Under the pieces are notes generated by a model. It ran no database searches, was not told the DNA's origin, and saw only the letters and a program-made list of their open reading frames with translations. The position numbers and the translations under genes were made by a program. From assembly GCA_033762295.1 (NCBI GenBank), contig JANRLW010000043.1, positions 32,001-96,000 on the forward strand: DNA of 64,000 nucleotides, given 5' to 3'. The DNA comes from Capsulimonadales bacterium. GTDB lineage: Bacteria; Armatimonadota; Armatimonadia; Armatimonadales; Armatimonadaceae. Shown piece after piece: positions 1-9,320 of this stretch. The stretch's first letter is position 1. Each line of letters starts with the position of its first letter.

Positions 1-1
1 G

Positions 2-1069
2 GACGGTCTCCATATCGCGCCGGACGCGCCGGGCGGGTACGAATGGTGGTACTTCGACGCGCTGTCGGACGACGGGAAATACGCGCTGGTCGTCATTTTC
101 TTTCTGGGTGCGCCGATGTCGCCGTATTATCGCGCGGTTGTCGACTCCCGTGGTTTCGGGCGAACCCCGCCGTCGCCCAACGACTGGTGCGCGGTGTTCG
201 TCTCCCTCCATGAAATTCCGCCTCCGAGCGTCGTCTTCACCACGAATCCCCACGGGGCGCGAAAACGGCGATCGGCAGAAGAACGAGCGTACGCGTACAA
301 CCTCTACCGCGACGGGCGATTCGCGGCGGACGGTTCGGAAATCGTGATCGGAGACTCCCGGATGTGTCGAACGGTGAACGACGGCTGGCGATTATCCCTG
401 ACGGAACGATGCCTCTGGTTCGGACGGATAACCGCCGACATCGAGTTCGCGCCGACCGGCGACCCGATCGCGGGCGATCCGTTCGGGAGGGATGACGACC
501 ACACCTGGGTCTGCGTCGCGCCGCATTGCCGCGTCACGGCGAGCGTTCGAACGGCGGACGGACAGACGATCGATTTTCCCGCCGACGGGTATCACGATCA
601 TAATTTCGGGACGCTGCCGTGGGCGGGCGGGGAGGACGCCGGTTGGTTCTGGGCGCGGGGCCATCTGTCGGGCGAGAACGGCGAGCGCACGACGGCGATC
701 GTCTATACCCATACCGGCGAACCCGAACGTTTCCTTCTCACCCATCGCGCGGGTAGCCCGATTCGAATCACGGATGCCGCCCGGAGCGCCGTTACGGTGA
801 CGTACCGTAACCCGTACGGTCTGGATTACCGGCTCAGCGAACGGTTCGAACAGCCGGAGTCGGGAGAGGTGTTCGTTCTGCGCTGCAACGCGTTCGGCGA
901 TCTCTTGCGGGGGCCTTTTTACGGAAGATGGGTTGTCGAGATCTCCGGAACCGATGAGAAGGGTGCGCCGCTGCAGGGAAAAGGCATCGCCGAAGCCTTC
1001 CGTCCGTCGCGCCTTTGCCATCCGATCTGGTCGCGCTTGATGCGGACGCGCTTTCGTCGGAGGAGCTAG
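2..1069 (+). CDS. crtC: Carotenoid 1,2-hydratase (CrtC family), 5'-truncated by window edge
   Basis: Frame is open from position 2 (DGLHIAPDAPGGYEWWYFDALSDDGKYALVVIFFLG) into the 116..1069 ORF. GYxWWYxDALSDDG and GYHDHNFG are CrtC-type motifs. Confidence 0.8.
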   Translation, partial: DGLHIAPDAPGGYEWWYFDALSDDGKYALVVIFFLGAPMSPYYRAVVDSRGFGRTPPSPNDWCAVFVSLHEIPPPSVVFTTNPHGARKRRSAEERAYAYNLYRDGRFAADGSEIVIGDSRMCRTVNDGWRLSLTERCLWFGRITADIEFAPTGDPIAGDPFGRDDDHTWVCVAPHCRVTASVRTADGQTIDFPADGYHDHNFGTLPWAGGEDAGWFWARGHLSGENGERTTAIVYTHTGEPERFLLTHRAGSPIRITDAARSAVTVTYRNPYGLDYRLSERFEQPESGEVFVLRCNAFGDLLRGPFYGRWVVEISGTDEKGAPLQGKGIAEAFRPSRLCHPIWSRLMRTRFRRRS

Positions 1070-1070
1070 A

Positions 1071-1865
1071 GTGTCCCCGGCGGAAGCGAGGGCGGTACTG
1101 CCGATCGTCGGCACGCGGGCGGCGCAGGTCGGCGTGATCGGCGCGGTGGCGTTGGCACCACTTTTTCGCGTGTTGCCGTTCCCATGGTTTGTCGGCGTGA
1201 CGGCGGCAGGAGGCGTCGCCGTGACGGCGGGGTTGTCGCTCTATTTCGTCCGTGTGTTCGATCCGCGCACGACCTTCGGGTACCCGCTGTTGGTGCGTCC
1301 GTCCGCGCCACGCGATGTCTCCCTGACATTCGACGACGGTCCGCACCCGGAGACGACGCCGGTCCTGCTGGAGACTCTGGCCCGGTCCGGCGCACGGGCG
1401 ACCTTCTTCCTGATTGCCGAGACCGCCCGAGCCTATCCCGATCTGACGCGACGCATTGCGGCGGAGGGGCATTCGATCGGGCTTCACGGGCTTCGGCATG
1501 AGACCATGGTCCTCAAAAGCGCGAACCGACTGACCGCCGAATGGAGGGAGGCGGAAGCGATTCTGTCCGAAATCCTGGGAGGACCGCTTCCGGGACGGTT
1601 GCTTCGTCCGCCCCACGGCTTCAAAACCCCGACCGTCTGCCGGACGGCGTGTCAGCAGGGGTGGACCCTCGTCGCCTGGTCCGCCGACGGTCGGGACTAC
1701 GACGCGCTTTCGGCGGACGCCATTGTGCGGAATATTCGTGACGCGGGGCTGCCCGGCGCGATCGTTCTGCTCCACGAACGACCGGGAAGCACCGAAACCG
1801 TCGCCGCCCTCGAGGAACTTCTCCGGGAGGGATCGGCGCAAGGGTATAATTTCGTCGGGCTTTAA
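1071..1865 (+). CDS. Membrane-anchored polysaccharide deacetylase (NodB/CE4)
   Basis: TFDDGP, HGLRH, RPPHG and LLHE motifs; hydrophobic N-terminus; starts 1 nt after the crtC stop. Confidence 0.88.
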   Translation: MSPAEARAVLPIVGTRAAQVGVIGAVALAPLFRVLPFPWFVGVTAAGGVAVTAGLSLYFVRVFDPRTTFGYPLLVRPSAPRDVSLTFDDGPHPETTPVLLETLARSGARATFFLIAETARAYPDLTRRIAAEGHSIGLHGLRHETMVLKSANRLTAEWREAEAILSEILGGPLPGRLLRPPHGFKTPTVCRTACQQGWTLVAWSADGRDYDALSADAIVRNIRDAGLPGAIVLLHERPGSTETVAALEELLREGSAQGYNFVGL

Positions 1866-1874
1866 AGGGGAATT

Positions 1875-2828
1875 ATGAATCGACGAACGATTCCAAACAT
1901 GGACCCGGAAGTGTCGGCGCTTTGCTTCGGGTGCGGAAGTCTGGGAACCGGAGCGAAGGGCGATACGGCGTTGCGACTGATCGACGACTACGTGTCCGTC
2001 GGGGGGAATTTTTTCGATTCGGCGCACTGCTACGCGTTCTGGACGCCCGAAGGCGCGGGGGCGAGCGAACGTGAACTGGGGCGTTGCCTCCGCCATCTGG
2101 GGATTCGGGACCGTTGTGTGGTCGCGACCAAGGGCGGTCATCCGGAAGGGCCGGGCTACCCGCGACCGAAGGATTTTCTGGCGGAGACGGTTCTACGGCA
2201 GGATATCGAAGACAGTCTGGATCGGCTGGGTGTCGACCGTATCGATCTGTACTTCCTGCATCGGGATGACGGCAGAACGCCCGTCGGCGAAATTATCGAT
2301 CGGTTGAACGGCGAGGTGGCGCGGGGGAGAATAGGTTTCCTCGGCGCGAGCAACTGGTCGGTCGAACGGATCGCCGCCGCCAACACGTACGCCGCCGAAA
2401 CGGGGCAAAAAGGGTTTGTCATCTCGCAGATTCAGTGGGGACTGGCGGTTCCGAACTGGTATTCGGAAGAACCGGGGCCGGACCCGGTACACCGGACGGT
2501 CGGCCTGAAGGAGCGGGAGTTCCATCGGCGGACGGGGCTGCCGATCGCCGCTTTCTCGGCCACGGTCAGCGGCTATTTCGCCGGGAACGAGGGAGCGAAC
2601 CATTTGTACGACAGTGAGGTCAACCGGCGGCGACGGGAACGGGCGCGGGAGGTGGCGGGGGAGATCGGAGCGACCCCGAACCAGGTGGCGCTGGCGTGGC
2701 TCCTGCATCATCCGTTTTCGGTGTTTCCGATCTTCGCCACCAATCGTCCCGATCATCTGAACGAAATCCTCGGCGCGGCGCAGGTACGCCTCGCCGAGGA
2801 TCAACTCGGCCGGTTAACGGTGGATTGA
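1875..2828 (+). CDS. Aldo/keto reductase
   Basis: GGNFFDSAHCY, VATKGG, SLDRLGVDRIDLYFLH, GASNW, TPNQVALAWLL. Confidence 0.92.
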   Translation: MNRRTIPNMDPEVSALCFGCGSLGTGAKGDTALRLIDDYVSVGGNFFDSAHCYAFWTPEGAGASERELGRCLRHLGIRDRCVVATKGGHPEGPGYPRPKDFLAETVLRQDIEDSLDRLGVDRIDLYFLHRDDGRTPVGEIIDRLNGEVARGRIGFLGASNWSVERIAAANTYAAETGQKGFVISQIQWGLAVPNWYSEEPGPDPVHRTVGLKEREFHRRTGLPIAAFSATVSGYFAGNEGANHLYDSEVNRRRRERAREVAGEIGATPNQVALAWLLHHPFSVFPIFATNRPDHLNEILGAAQVRLAEDQLGRLTVD

Positions 2829-2838
2829 CCGTCCGGCC

Positions 2839-5262
2839 TTACTTTCCGGCCAGTGCGGTCACCTCCGCCGCCGTCAGTGTCTCCTTCCCGTCCGTGCCGA
2901 AGCGAACCGCCTGTGTCGCGTTCGCCACGAACAGGACCGTTTCACCGACGGACGCCCAGCGGGCAATGTCCCGGTTCCGTCGGATCAGGGCGAAATAGGC
3001 CGGTGAGTAGACCTTGATCCGGACGATTTCCTTCTGTTTTTTGGCGTCGTAGGTCGCATCCTGCCAGACATCGCCGTTACCTGTCCGGTAAAAGGCGCGC
3101 GACCCGGCGTTCCGAATCCGCTCGGCCATACGGGCGTTGCGGTCCTTGTCCTCGCCGGCCTGGGCCCGGTAGTAGGAGGTGTTTCCCACCACGGCCTGGT
3201 TGCGCTGAGCACGGGTCGCCTGACTGAGATTGACCGCGGACTCGCCTTTTCTGCCGGTATCCGCACTGCCGAAGCGAACATCGGTGCGCCCTCCGGCATT
3301 CCCACCCCCGCCCACGCCGACCCCACCGGGGGCGGCACCGGCCGGGAGGCCGACGGTCCCGCGTCCGAGGCTCGTCGAGAGCGAAGTTCCCACCGTCTCA
3401 GGTTCCGGAACAAACAGGCCGGTGTAGGGAGTGAGGATTCCGTACTCCTTCGACAGGGCGATAATCTGGTCGATGACCTCCTTCCGGGTGTCGTCGTCGG
3501 TTCGGAGGCGTACCTCATCCATCAGGTAGCCGATTTTCCGGGACGCCCAGAGCCGGGGCAGGAAGTCGGCCCCGGTCTCGACCGCAGGAAACTTTGCCGT
3601 CAGATCGAAGCTCTGCGGTCTGCCGTTGGCCTCACCGGCGAGGGTCAGACGCACCTTTTCGCTACCCCCCGTGTATCGACCGACGATGACCAATTGCCCC
3701 CCGGAGAACAGGTCGGGTAGGTCGCCCGGTCTGGGGTAAATCTCCCCGGTTCGCGCCCCATCGACCGTCAGTTTCAGGTTTTCCAGCACGGTGGCATTGG
3801 TCCGGGCGACGAAACGCGAGGTCTTGACTTCGATATCCTCATCCGGCCGGACGTAATCGGCGTCACCACGGAGCGACTGACTGACCTGATCGAGGAAGGG
3901 GACATCGACATCGTAACCGACGCCGAAAACGAAGGTCCGGGCTTTCTTTGCGTTCTCCTGAACGGCATTTCGGACGATGGTCGCCTGACTGCGCTCCCCG
4001 ACCGTCGGCAATCCGTCGGTGAAAAACAACAACGTATTGCCGGAGGCGCGTTCCGGGAACTGTTTCAGGCCGTCGAGCAATGCCTGGTTGATATTCGTGC
4101 CGCCATCGGCGGTGATTCCATCGACGAACGCTTCGGCCCGTTTTTTATTGTCCGGCGTCGCGTGGATCGGTTCCGGGGCGAACGGTTCCACAGCGTCCGA
4201 AAAGGTCAGGATATTGAAGCGGTCCTGAGGCCGCAGTTTCCCGATGGCGAAACGCAGTGCGCCCTTGGCCTGTTCGATCTTCTTTCCCTGCATGGAACCG
4301 GAACGGTCCATCACCAGCACCACCCGTCGGGGGGCCGGGTTTCGCTCGGTCGCGGAGAGCGTGGGCGAAACGACGACCAGGAAGTACCCGGATTGCCGGA
4401 CGCCGCCCGTCAGGCTGGCGACCTGTGGAAGCGCGGCGTTATAGGTCAGAACGGACAGAGCGACCGCTTCCTCGCTTTTCCCGGCGACGAAGAGGTTGAG
4501 TTCGGGATTTTCCGCAAGGCGCGAATCGGAACCCGCGCTTTCCCAGACGGCGGTCACTTCGGATTCCGAACGTCGAAAATCCATTTCATGCGTCGGCGAG
4601 TACACCGAGCCGATTCCCGAACCGGCGACGGCCACACGGACCGATACCTTTTCCGGGCGAGCGGCCCCGGGCAGATGGGGACCGACCAAAGTCCATACGT
4701 ATTTTCGCGCGTTGCCTTCTTTCGGAAGCACCGAGACCAGTTTCAGGGTGATTTTCCGCTGACTGTTCGCGGCGATCGGAAAAACTCGGGCGCGAAGCGC
4801 CGCCCGCCCCTGAAACGTAAGGAGCGCCGGGTCCCGTCGGCGGCGAACGATCTCCTCGTAGGTTGCCGTCGCTTCGTCCCGGTTCAGCAGGCGGCCTTCC
4901 ATCTTCCGGTCGCCGTCGTACAGGGCAAAGGACGTGACCTCTGCGCCGGCCGGAATCGGGAACAGGAAATCGGCTTCCTGATCGGTACCGGTCCGGTTCT
5001 CCAGGGTATGCGTGACGTCCGTACGGGCGACCCCGTCACGAATCGTCGCATCGACCTCGACCGCCTTGACGGCGATCTGGTGAACGGGTCGGGGCGGTAC
5101 CGGCTGGATCGGAAGGCGGGGATGCGGGTGCGGAATCGGTCGGGTAGGCGGTTGGATAGCCCGAACGGAACGAGGAAGGCCGGCAAAGAGCAGGAAGGGA
5201 GCCATCGCGAGCGATACACTGGCGATGAGAGCAAATGTGGACACTTTTCCTTTCGCAGTCAC
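2839..5262 (-). CDS. Secreted VIT + vWA domain protein (inter-alpha-trypsin inhibitor heavy chain-like)
   Basis: Signal-like N-terminus, VIT region (FLFPIP...YEEIVRRRRDPALL), MIDAS DRSGS, GGTNI, FFTDG, ILTPYT; SD AGGAG upstream of the GTG. Confidence 0.88.
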   Translation of the reverse strand: MTAKGKVSTFALIASVSLAMAPFLLFAGLPRSVRAIQPPTRPIPHPHPRLPIQPVPPRPVHQIAVKAVEVDATIRDGVARTDVTHTLENRTGTDQEADFLFPIPAGAEVTSFALYDGDRKMEGRLLNRDEATATYEEIVRRRRDPALLTFQGRAALRARVFPIAANSQRKITLKLVSVLPKEGNARKYVWTLVGPHLPGAARPEKVSVRVAVAGSGIGSVYSPTHEMDFRRSESEVTAVWESAGSDSRLAENPELNLFVAGKSEEAVALSVLTYNAALPQVASLTGGVRQSGYFLVVVSPTLSATERNPAPRRVVLVMDRSGSMQGKKIEQAKGALRFAIGKLRPQDRFNILTFSDAVEPFAPEPIHATPDNKKRAEAFVDGITADGGTNINQALLDGLKQFPERASGNTLLFFTDGLPTVGERSQATIVRNAVQENAKKARTFVFGVGYDVDVPFLDQVSQSLRGDADYVRPDEDIEVKTSRFVARTNATVLENLKLTVDGARTGEIYPRPGDLPDLFSGGQLVIVGRYTGGSEKVRLTLAGEANGRPQSFDLTAKFPAVETGADFLPRLWASRKIGYLMDEVRLRTDDDTRKEVIDQIIALSKEYGILTPYTGLFVPEPETVGTSLSTSLGRGTVGLPAGAAPGGVGVGGGGNAGGRTDVRFGSADTGRKGESAVNLSQATRAQRNQAVVGNTSYYRAQAGEDKDRNARMAERIRNAGSRAFYRTGNGDVWQDATYDAKKQKEIVRIKVYSPAYFALIRRNRDIARWASVGETVLFVANATQAVRFGTDGKETLTAAEVTALAGK

Positions 5263-5398
5263 GGTCGTATCTCCTGAGTCGGCATGCCGACAGGTTTATG
5301 ACCCGCCGACGCATCGTTCTCTTCAACCGGCCGATCTTTCCGATTTCCGAGGGAACTTACCGGACTTGTCGATTAGTTTTTAGTATTGAAAAGGTAAT

Positions 5399-5695
5399 AT
5401 GATGAACGAAAACTGGTGTCAGGCAATACGTGAACGCAAACGGGTGCGGTTGACCTACGGTGGCGGCGGTCGTCTGGTGGAGATGCATATCTATGGAACC
5501 GACGCGGCAGGGGAGCCTTATGTCCGCGCCTTCCAGGTGAGCGGTCACAGCAATACCGGCACACCAACCGGATGGAAGCTGTTCCGGGCGGAGGAGGTTC
5601 ACGACTGGTCGGTCACGCCGGAAACGTTTACCGGGCCGCGGGCGGGTTATAAGCCCGACGACCCGGTGGTGACCAACGTTTACTGCCGGATTTGA
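5399..5695 (+). CDS. Small standalone WYL-like domain protein
   Basis: AIRERKRVRLTY..RLVEMHIYG..VRAFQ..GWKLFRAEEV..ETF pattern resembles the WYL SH3-like fold. Confidence 0.65.
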   Translation: MMNENWCQAIRERKRVRLTYGGGGRLVEMHIYGTDAAGEPYVRAFQVSGHSNTGTPTGWKLFRAEEVHDWSVTPETFTGPRAGYKPDDPVVTNVYCRI

Positions 5696-5708
5696 CCGTG
5701 TCCGAAGG

Positions 5709-6740
5709 TTAACGTTCGATAGGAATCGGTAGATTCTGGGTCTGTCCGGTATCGGCCGCGCGCAGGCCGGCCTCCAGAATCTCTTGGGAAAGCCGGCCAA
5801 TGGTGGCGGAGCAGACACCTTCGATCTCCGACCCGGTTTCGAGACAGTGAATGAAATACTCCGGCGCGGAACGATGCGGCGCTTCCGGCGCGGCAGGCTC
5901 GATCGTTTCCACATCCTTCCCGGGTTTGAAAAGCTGAACCTTGCCGTGGAGGATGGAGAGCGCCCCTTCCGAACCGTAGGCGACCGGGTTTGCCCCGGCA
6001 TAACCGGTGACCTGGGTCCACGACGCTTCGGCGACGGCCAGTGCGTTCCGATACTGCATCGTAACGATCGCATTGTCGTCCGGAAGCGGATAATCTTTGG
6101 CGAGCACGCCCCGCAGACCGGTTACCTTTTCGGGCAGGCCGAGGAATCGCGCGGCCATCGCCGCTCCATAACAGCAATAGTCCATGAACGCTCCCGCGCC
6201 GTTTTTCTCACCGTCGTAGAGCCATTCCCAGAAGCGCGGGTCGCACCCGATCTCTTTCGGACCGTTGTGTGCCGACCGGTACTTGAAGTAGCGAACCTGG
6301 CCGATATCTCCGGCAAGGATACGCCGCTCCATCTCCTGAAACGCGGGTTGCCAGGCGGTCGGCCAGTTTATCATCAGGCGGACGTCGGCCTTTTCGGCGG
6401 CGCGGACCATGCGTTCCGCCTGGGCGAGGGTGGCTGCCATCGGTTTCTCGACGAGCAGGTGCAGACCGTTCGTCGCCGCCGTTTCGACGATATCGGCGTG
6501 AACGCTGTTCTCCGCCGCGATCTGTACGATATCGAGCGACTCACCTTCGGTGGCCAGCATCTCCTGCCAGGAGTCGTACGTTTTTTCGACGCCGTAATCG
6601 CGCCGGATGCGTTCCCGGAGTTCCGGGTTGACATCGCCTGCCGCGACGATTTGCACGTTGGGGAGGGCCTGCCAGCGACGCAGTTCCCCCCAGACGTGAT
6701 CATGGACCAGGGCCGCCACACCAACACGATAGGTCTTCAT
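5709..6740 (-). CDS. Gfo/Idh/MocA family oxidoreductase
   Basis: HLLVEKPMA motif; GAGAFMDYCCY. Confidence 0.9.
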   Translation of the reverse strand: MKTYRVGVAALVHDHVWGELRRWQALPNVQIVAAGDVNPELRERIRRDYGVEKTYDSWQEMLATEGESLDIVQIAAENSVHADIVETAATNGLHLLVEKPMAATLAQAERMVRAAEKADVRLMINWPTAWQPAFQEMERRILAGDIGQVRYFKYRSAHNGPKEIGCDPRFWEWLYDGEKNGAGAFMDYCCYGAAMAARFLGLPEKVTGLRGVLAKDYPLPDDNAIVTMQYRNALAVAEASWTQVTGYAGANPVAYGSEGALSILHGKVQLFKPGKDVETIEPAAPEAPHRSAPEYFIHCLETGSEIEGVCSATIGRLSQEILEAGLRAADTGQTQNLPIPIER

Positions 6741-6815
6741 CGGAATGCCTCTTATGCGAATGGGAGATTCGCACAGGTGTTCGGCGTCGATGCGGGCGGT
6801 TCCTGCCGTGGCGGC

Positions 6816-8147
6816 TTACTTTGCGGCGAAACGCCCGACCTGAGCCAGCAGAATCGCCCGCTCACCGGGCTGCAAGACCTGCTCGATCCCCTGTTTCGCT
6901 CCGGCAAGGTTCCCCTGACGGGCTTCGGCGACGACGGGCGACTCTTTTGGCGCGGCGGCGGCGTTCTCCATATCGGGGGTGAGGCGCGGCGATCGCAACG
7001 GATTCCCCGTCTTCACCGTCTTCAGATAGCCCTCGCGCAGGACGGAGTCCTTGATCGTACTCGCGGCGGCCTGCGCGGTCCGGGTGTCGCCGACGACCAG
7101 GAGGGCGGAAACCAGGCGACCGACCACCTCATTCCGCAGGTTCCATCGACCGTTCGAATCGACGCCGATCTTTCCGGCGATCCGATAGGCGTCAGCGAGG
7201 GTCCGGCGGGCGGCCGCACTATCCCCCCAGGCTGCCTGGGTCTGCGCGACCGCAATCAGAGCGTCGGTCTTGTTCGCGTTCTCGTACGACGGGTTCTTCG
7301 GGTCACGAATATTGTCGACCGCGCTCCGAGCGTTCCCGAGCATCTGTTTCGCTGCGGGCAGGTTGCCGTTCCGTCGGAGGGCCTCGGCGACATCCAGAAG
7401 AACCTTCGGACGCCAGTGGATTTCGACGTTGCGCGAGATCATCTCCGCTCCGCGGCGGTCGCCGTTTTCGGCGGCGACGGTCGCGATCGCCGCCAGCGCG
7501 CCGTAATGATGTCCGGCGACCGTGAAACGCGACTTGCCGACCGTTTGGATCGCGCCGTTCAGGTCGCCGGCGGCGGCCTGACCGGCCACGATGCGCGACC
7601 AGGCATCGCTCTGACCGTGCTCGTCCTTGATCGAGGCAGCGGTTCGGCGGGCGGCAGCGAGGTCACCGAGGGCGGCCTGGGTTCCGGCAACCATCGGCCA
7701 GACGACCTGACGCGTCGCGATATCCGAAGCCGGAAGCGACTCGGCGAAGCGAACGAGTTGAATCAACGTTTCCTGCGCCCCGGCCCCGTCACCCGATAGA
7801 CGGCGTTGCTGCGCGATCGTTGCCAGAACCGCCGCCTTTTCCGCCGGCCGGCTGACCAGTTCGGCCGTTTTTTCGGCGGCGGCGAAGAATTCCGGCGCAC
7901 GGTTCAGGTCCGCGACCGGAGGCAGTTTCAGGGCGACGAGTCCGACGGTGGTCGAGGCCGCCGCCGCCGTACCGAGGGAACCGACGGACGCACCGTTGGA
8001 GCAGCCGGCCAGTGCCAATGCGGTCATTGCCGCGCCAAGAGCCAGGGCGGAAAACGCCCCCCGACCGTACCGGGAACGACCGTTGCCGTTTGCCAACATT
8101 CTATTCTCCGTTCCACTCGCCGTCCGTCCGAATTTGATGAAACCCAT
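6816..8147 (-). CDS. Putative lipoprotein with TPR-like helical repeats (start uncertain)
   Basis: Lipobox LALAGC; repeated A..I.D......A...IA..QA..GD...A units. Confidence 0.65.
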   Translation of the reverse strand: MGFIKFGRTASGTENRMLANGNGRSRYGRGAFSALALGAAMTALALAGCSNGASVGSLGTAAAASTTVGLVALKLPPVADLNRAPEFFAAAEKTAELVSRPAEKAAVLATIAQQRRLSGDGAGAQETLIQLVRFAESLPASDIATRQVVWPMVAGTQAALGDLAAARRTAASIKDEHGQSDAWSRIVAGQAAAGDLNGAIQTVGKSRFTVAGHHYGALAAIATVAAENGDRRGAEMISRNVEIHWRPKVLLDVAEALRRNGNLPAAKQMLGNARSAVDNIRDPKNPSYENANKTDALIAVAQTQAAWGDSAAARRTLADAYRIAGKIGVDSNGRWNLRNEVVGRLVSALLVVGDTRTAQAAASTIKDSVLREGYLKTVKTGNPLRSPRLTPDMENAAAAPKESPVVAEARQGNLAGAKQGIEQVLQPGERAILLAQVGRFAAK

Positions 8148-8198
8148 CCTAAAAACCCTCCCGAACCGAAAAGTCCAGGTAATTACGTTAAATTTTCG

Positions 8199-9155
8199 TT
8201 ACCCGTTTTCCGTAATGACATCAGAATTTTTCTGCCGAACAACGGGCTTATCCGTAGTATCGGCAATTAAGCGAATCAACTCTGCCCCTAAAAGTAACAG
8301 CTGGGAAGAAACATAGATCCAGAGGAAGAGGATCGCCACGATGCCGAGGGAACCGTACGCGCGATCATACGAGTTCCCGCCATTGAAATTTCTCAGGTAC
8401 AGTGCGAACCCCTGTTTGGCCAGTTCGAAGAACACGGCGACAAACCCGCCGCCGATAAAGGCCTCTTTCCATGTGACGCCCGCGGCAGGAGACGGCAGAT
8501 AGTGATAGACCGCCGCGAAAACCGACGCATTCAGCGCGACGCCGACCAGCAACAGGAAGGCCGCGAGCCACCATGGCGGCGGTTCCGGCAGCGCGGAAAA
8601 CCAGGAGATCCGGCGCAGCCAGTGGACACCGACCGTCGGCAGGAGCGAAAGCAGGAACAGTGCGCCCGTTCCGATAAGCAGCCCGACCGCGACGAGGTTG
8701 ACCTGCAGGAAATGCCGGGTCTCTCTGGCACGGAACGCGGCGTTCATCGGCGCGACCGCATTGACAAAAATCCGACTGGCCGTAAAGAAGAACGTCACCA
8801 GACTGAGGATGCCCGCCGTTCCGCTGGCCTGGCGCAGTTGTTCCGCCTGCTGTTCGACCCCGGCGCTGACGATCAGTTTCTGTGCGACCGCATTGGCGTT
8901 CGAAACCGGCAGGAGCCGGGCGACCAGGCCCTGAACCTGCGCGGCGGCCTCCTGCGGATCGCGAATTAAAAGGCCCACCAGCGCCAGTCCGCCGACCAGG
9001 AGCGGGACAATCGACAGCAGTGCGAAGTAGGACAGCGCCGCCGCCCAGACACCGCATTGGTCGGCATTGAACCGCCGTACCAGTTCGAATAAAAATCCTT
9101 TCAGCCCTCCCTCTTGCCAGGAATATCGGTAATCCTCTTGCGCCGGTTCGGACAT
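8199..9155 (-). CDS. YihY/BrkB family membrane protein
   Basis: AAALSYFALLSIVP and YGSLG...LWIY...LLLGAE motifs; GGAGG upstream of the ATG at 9155. Confidence 0.9.
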   Translation of the reverse strand: MSEPAQEDYRYSWQEGGLKGFLFELVRRFNADQCGVWAAALSYFALLSIVPLLVGGLALVGLLIRDPQEAAAQVQGLVARLLPVSNANAVAQKLIVSAGVEQQAEQLRQASGTAGILSLVTFFFTASRIFVNAVAPMNAAFRARETRHFLQVNLVAVGLLIGTGALFLLSLLPTVGVHWLRRISWFSALPEPPPWWLAAFLLLVGVALNASVFAAVYHYLPSPAAGVTWKEAFIGGGFVAVFFELAKQGFALYLRNFNGGNSYDRAYGSLGIVAILFLWIYVSSQLLLLGAELIRLIADTTDKPVVRQKNSDVITENG

Positions 9156-9320
9156 GGTAGATGAGACCTCCGCCTTTCCATGGTTACAGTTCGCCGTTCC
9201 GTTCCGTTGAGGTTCCGATTTCGTCGTGTTTCCCACCTTTCAACCATAATGACCGTATTTAAGCGAGATTCGTTACCACGCTTACCTGCAAAAAATTGTA
9301 CACCGGTAAGTTTTCACAGG

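Noticed and set aside
1845..1850. TATAAT upstream of the aldo/keto reductase
   Set aside because: Lies inside the upstream CDS with no matching -35; cannot be supported.
9190..9216. GTTCC short repeats upstream of yihY as an ECF promoter or array
   Set aside because: The GGAAC copies are not followed by CGT at 17-18 nt, and the repeat is too short for an array.
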